Below the pieces are notes generated by a model. That model did not search any database. It had not been told where the DNA came from and saw nothing but the letters and a program-made list of their open reading frames with translations. From the sequence record OQ363659.1: DNA of 64,000 nt; one strand, given 5' to 3'. Below are positions 60,248 to 64,000 of this stretch, one piece after another. Each line of letters opens with the position of its first letter. Position 1 is the stretch's first letter. The translations under genes and the position numbers were made by a program.

Positions 60248-60961
60248 ATGGAGCTGAAGCGTAACGCAGCTCGTGTGTTCGAACACCTTCATCGTCAAGA
60301 TAACGGGAGCACTGTAACAGATGCTCCCTGCAAGATTCATGTACCCGTACGATTTCAGAATAAGGACCTAGCGATCCTAGGTTCTGAAGTCTTTATCGTC
60401 GGCTTCTATGCAATCATCATGAACGACGAGTACTACGGTGTAGACAACACGATTGCAATGATGCAGATTCGTCCAAGTTCTACGAAGAAGGTAACAGTTA
60501 AAGGCACGGATTATTTCGAGTTCGCTTTCGAACCGGGAGACGTTGTGTTTGTTAACAACCACCTTGTAGTGAACGATACCCTGACTTATTACCTTTACGA
60601 TGAACTCGTTGCTAAAGGGAACATTCCGTGGTATATGAACTACTACGACATGTCGAAGATGTTTGATACCGCGGCACATCACGCTGGTGTTAACCTGGGT
60701 TCCCGAGCTATTCTGGAACTGATTATCTCGACGACTGCTCGTGACAAAGACGACCTGACTCGACTCTACCGACACATTCTGAATCGACACGATGATGTCG
60801 TACAGAACCCACCAAAAGTTATTCCCTTCCGCTCTGTAGTTTGGAACACCTCCGATACTACTAGCCGGTTGAACGGTGCTTACTTCCCCGACGCAATCAA
60901 CACTGCTGTCGTGAACCCGAGTGAGTCCGTAGAACTGATTGAAGAAATTCTCCGTACATAA
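60248..60961 (+). CDS. phiKZ gp176-like protein, probable C-terminal vRNAP beta' fragment
   Basis: 237 aa; synteny; C-terminal NTSDTTSRLNGAYF..AINTAVV weakly resembles the beta' C-terminal region. Confidence 0.6.
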   Translation: MELKRNAARVFEHLHRQDNGSTVTDAPCKIHVPVRFQNKDLAILGSEVFIVGFYAIIMNDEYYGVDNTIAMMQIRPSSTKKVTVKGTDYFEFAFEPGDVVFVNNHLVVNDTLTYYLYDELVAKGNIPWYMNYYDMSKMFDTAAHHAGVNLGSRAILELIISTTARDKDDLTRLYRHILNRHDDVVQNPPKVIPFRSVVWNTSDTTSRLNGAYFPDAINTAVVNPSESVELIEEILRT

Positions 60962-60972
60962 GGAACACCACT

Positions 60973-61809
60973 ATGGGCGCAGCTCAAGATCTATTCGGTG
61001 TCCAAAAGCAAGCCGGTAACCAAGTACGTATCAGTGGCAGTCTTCTGACTGCCGGTGGTAAGAAAGGTATCCTGACTCCTGATGCAGATGGTTATTTTAC
61101 TTTGTGCGTCGGTGCTTATGGCACCCATAACTCCGCCGGTATGTTTTACGATGCCGCCTCCGGTGTATCGATGTTCGAACCCGGTTCTCCATTGATGCGT
61201 CGTTTGCTCAAGCAAGTGCTGTACATGGAATTCAAACACCCTGAACCTTGGGAATGGGTATTGAAAGATGGTGAGAAATGCAAACGTTACATGGACGATC
61301 GCGAATACCTGAACCGTATCCGGAAGATCGACGATGATCGCGTTTGTGCACACATCCGTGCTCTGACTATCGTGGATGGTAAAGACGAACAAGGGCGTCC
61401 TTGTAAACTCGTTATTGCTGAAGTGCGACCACATGGTCCATTCGCTAAAGTCTTCTTGGACTCGGTTACCAACCCACACATCAACACTTACTGCTCTGTA
61501 CGTTCGATCACACAAGACGACGTAATGCGTGGCATTAAGTACACCCGTGAAATCTCTACTTGGGACTTCGTAGGTGAAGGTGGTATCTACGTTGCTGGTA
61601 AGCACAACTCTCCAGCTCTGGAAAGCTTTAAAGAAGCTGAAACCGAGATGACCATCAACCCAACTACTCTGTGGGCAATGCAAGATGAAGCCGAGAAGCG
61701 CAAGCGTCTGGGTATGGAATCTGCCGACCACTTGGATGTATCGGACCTGATCCGTAATCTGGGTTGGGAACGTCGCCCTGCTACCCGTCGTCCGGGTTAC
61801 ATGCGATAA
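60973..61809 (+). CDS. Prohead (head maturation) serine protease, phiKZ gp175-like
   Basis: MEFKHP (catalytic His), YCSVRS (catalytic Ser), TWDFVGEGGI..A.K; synteny. Confidence 0.85.
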   Translation: MGAAQDLFGVQKQAGNQVRISGSLLTAGGKKGILTPDADGYFTLCVGAYGTHNSAGMFYDAASGVSMFEPGSPLMRRLLKQVLYMEFKHPEPWEWVLKDGEKCKRYMDDREYLNRIRKIDDDRVCAHIRALTIVDGKDEQGRPCKLVIAEVRPHGPFAKVFLDSVTNPHINTYCSVRSITQDDVMRGIKYTREISTWDFVGEGGIYVAGKHNSPALESFKEAETEMTINPTTLWAMQDEAEKRKRLGMESADHLDVSDLIRNLGWERRPATRRPGYMR

Positions 61810-61827
61810 AAAAAAAATAAGGCTTCT

Positions 61828-61853
61828 GGCTCTCCCGAAGGAGAGCCATTATG
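61828..61853. terminator. Bidirectional terminator
   Basis: GGCTCTCC-CGAA-GGAGAGCC; plus side ATTATG, minus side T-tract. Confidence 0.85.
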
Positions 61854-61856
61854 CCG

Positions 61857-62135
61857 TCATGCCGCTCGGAGGATGTCGTGTGACGCATCCTCGATTACAT
61901 CATGTACAATGTCGCAGCCGTAGTTATTCAGGGTAGTGGAACCCTTACGGCTACGGACATCGTAGCTAATAACCTTACGCCCTTTAGACACTACAACGAA
62001 GATACCGGTAGCAGGATCGTACGACACGCTATTCAATCCACGCTCAATGGTAAAACCGTTTGCTGCTTCTGGTTTTGCGATCAATGCATGGATCATATCT
62101 GCTACACGTGCAAAGTTACCCATTTCAAACTCCAT
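61857..62135 (-). CDS. Hypothetical early protein (92 aa)
   Basis: Single-gene cassette between an early promoter and a terminator. Confidence 0.75.
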   Translation of the reverse strand: MEFEMGNFARVADMIHALIAKPEAANGFTIERGLNSVSYDPATGIFVVVSKGRKVISYDVRSRKGSTTLNNYGCDIVHDVIEDASHDILRAA

Positions 62136-62156
62136 GATGGTTGTTATATCACGAGA

Positions 62157-62180
62157 GTAATATAGGCTTGTAGGAAAGTC
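62157..62180 (-). promoter_or_regulatory. phiKZ-type early promoter
   Basis: CTATATTAC at 62157-62165 on minus strand, immediately after a terminator. Confidence 0.7.
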
Positions 62181-62188
62181 TAATACGG

Positions 62189-62210
62189 CATAAAGCCTCC
62201 CGAAGGAGGC
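62189..62210 (-). terminator. UUCG hairpin + TATG
   Basis: GCCTCC-TTCG-GGAGGC then TTTATGCC. Confidence 0.85.
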
Positions 62211-62656
62211 TAGCCGCGTGGGCGTGGTCTACCCATGCCTGGGTGTTGTCGTGTTGATTGTTCGCGTTGACGGATTTCGTACATCTTCTCTAGGATAGCC
62301 TGTTGTTGTTCTGATGTAAACTCGAAGTGTTCCTTAGGAGGCGGATTGAACTTGTTTGGGTTAGGTGGGTTAGCATTCTGCCATGCTTCATCTACTGGAT
62401 GGATGTAACCCCCAATATCGCCAAACCGTAAGAAGTCATTGAACTGGTCGGTACGCTCGAAGCAACGAATACGCCCTGCTCCACGAGAATGACCAATGTA
62501 GAAGTCTGCCTTAGGTGGACACGTGTAATCAGCACCTGGGTCTATGGTTACATCAACACCGTTACTCTGAAGGAACTGAACGATATCAGCGTAATACTTC
62601 CGAGCGATTTCATTGTTGATGTACTTGGGATTGCCTGTGATTAAGACTGCTTTCAT
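62210..62656 (-). CDS. Small protein with GHSRG (alpha/beta-hydrolase-like nucleophile elbow)
   Basis: AVLITGNP...DFYIGHSRGA. Confidence 0.6.
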   Translation of the reverse strand: MKAVLITGNPKYINNEIARKYYADIVQFLQSNGVDVTIDPGADYTCPPKADFYIGHSRGAGRIRCFERTDQFNDFLRFGDIGGYIHPVDEAWQNANPPNPNKFNPPPKEHFEFTSEQQQAILEKMYEIRQREQSTRQHPGMGRPRPRG

Positions 62657-62658
62657 GG

Positions 62659-63702
62659 TTAGGCCGTTGTGGTTAATGGATACATCGTGCTTACCAGTTC
62701 TTCGACCCGCATTGGTGTGTAGAACGGTGCTGTCAGAATAGCATCCCGATAGTCAGGGCTAGACAAGAAAAGCGTTACAGCGTTCTCTGAGGACGTTGCA
62801 AGGGTACCCAGGTTCCATACTCGTTCATTACCCCGAGTGGTCCAGAACCAATCGGGTTTGAGCATGTCCATTAGTTGTACAAGCTTGGTTAACTGTGATG
62901 GATAATCCGCAACGGTAATACCTTCAACGAATGCGAAGTTCGATAGTACCTTGGTAGCGAAGTCAGGAGTGTTTGCATTGAGTGCATTAGAACCGATGTT
63001 CTGTGTGCCGTCAGCATTCTTTACATTGGCATAGGCTAACAAGACATCTAACGAACTGGAGGCAGAGATCTTCTCAGCGGAACGTTTGATTACAGTAAAC
63101 TTGGTAGTGTCAGTTTTATCCTTGAGGACTTTATCGACCAGATCGGGAATACCCCAAGCAGATACTTCCTCTACAACACCACGCAGGATAGCTGCTTCTG
63201 CACCTAAGTCGAATAGCTTCAAGTTAGGGTTGTCTGTCAGGTCAGAGATAAACCCAACCATTGCACTGACTTGGTTATAGCCACCGTTCTTAAATGTGTC
63301 GATCAGTTGCTTACCGTCTTCAACCATCAACATTGCACCCCGTGCTACGTCTGTTGCTGTCTTGACATAGTTAGTGCTAGTGTCAGTGCCCGTCAGTTCG
63401 CCCATGATCATCTTTTCAGTAGAAGAGGCAATCTTGATAATGTCTGCACGAGAACCCTTCAGAGCGCCTTGTACGCGCTTTACGGCTGAGTTCAAATCGA
63501 TCGTGTTAGTACGGATCTTCTCACCGATACCTTTGGTAATGCTTACAGCTTTATCGAAAGCGTCACCTAAGCCTGAACTAAACGAGTCAATCTTGGATGA
63601 CAAAGCTGTACGGAGTTCTGATGATGTTTCGCCGTATGCATCTACTACTTTTGTTGCGTCTTCTGGAGAACCCAGAAATGACGGGAGTGCAATTATGCCC
63701 AT
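62659..63702 (-). CDS. Putative virion structural protein (347 aa)
   Basis: Long ORF next to the head module; function not recognised. Confidence 0.7.
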   Translation of the reverse strand: MGIIALPSFLGSPEDATKVVDAYGETSSELRTALSSKIDSFSSGLGDAFDKAVSITKGIGEKIRTNTIDLNSAVKRVQGALKGSRADIIKIASSTEKMIMGELTGTDTSTNYVKTATDVARGAMLMVEDGKQLIDTFKNGGYNQVSAMVGFISDLTDNPNLKLFDLGAEAAILRGVVEEVSAWGIPDLVDKVLKDKTDTTKFTVIKRSAEKISASSSLDVLLAYANVKNADGTQNIGSNALNANTPDFATKVLSNFAFVEGITVADYPSQLTKLVQLMDMLKPDWFWTTRGNERVWNLGTLATSSENAVTLFLSSPDYRDAILTAPFYTPMRVEELVSTMYPLTTTA

Positions 63703-63745
63703 GTTTACGTTCCTTGAAAAAAAAATAGAGGTTCATAAGATCAGG

Positions 63746-63770
63746 CATAGCAGCCTCCCCGAAGGGAGGC
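63746..63770 (-). terminator. UUCG hairpin + TATG
   Basis: GCCTCCC-TTCG-GGGAGGC then TGCTATGCC. Confidence 0.8.
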
Positions 63771-63778
63771 CACTGTGA

Positions 63779-63979
63779 TTACAACGCTTCTACAACCTCA
63801 CGAACAATACCCAACCATTCCAGATCAGCTGAGTTAGCTTTATCACCGATATGTACCTCAGTGTTTCGGTTAGCTACCAGGCCGATCATTGGACGATTGG
63901 AGATATCCCGTTGCAACGCACCTTTCAGGATATCTTTCAGATCCCGTACAAACACATACGGCATCTGCTTTTGTGCCAA
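63779..63979 (-). CDS. Hypothetical protein (66 aa)
   Basis: AAGGAG RBS, TTG start. Confidence 0.65.
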   Translation of the reverse strand: MAQKQMPYVFVRDLKDILKGALQRDISNRPMIGLVANRNTEVHIGDKANSADLEWLGIVREVVEAL

Positions 63980-64000
63980 TACATCGAAATCTCCTTGGTG

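Overview
64 kb of a phiKZ-like (Chimalliviridae-type) jumbo phage genome. Right part (43-64 kb) is the conserved phiKZ virion module: gp182-like structural protein, 2333-aa gp181-like tail protein with C-terminal lytic transglycosylase, virion RNA polymerase beta' (DFDGD) and beta subunits, gp177/gp176-like proteins and a gp175-like prohead protease. At 26.7-33 kb are an SNF2-type helicase and tail-fibre-like genes. The rest is mostly minus-strand early/accessory genes: thyA, dcd, tmk, NAD-dependent DNA ligase, a Prs-like + Nampt-like pair (NARP1-type NAD+ reconstitution), an SspB-like adaptor, a BCS1-like AAA ATPase, a SLOG-like protein, a DEDDh nuclease, DUF3307 and several tandem paralog families. 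These genes are punctuated by CTATAT(T/A)AC early promoters and hairpin terminators, many followed by TATG. The most unusual element is a ~185-nt structured intergenic region (26433-26620) containing an exact 16-nt complement of the 16S rRNA 3' end, apparently in its own minus-strand transcription unit. No tRNA, rRNA, CRISPR array or mobile element was recognised. All family calls come from motif recognition by eye; no database search was run.
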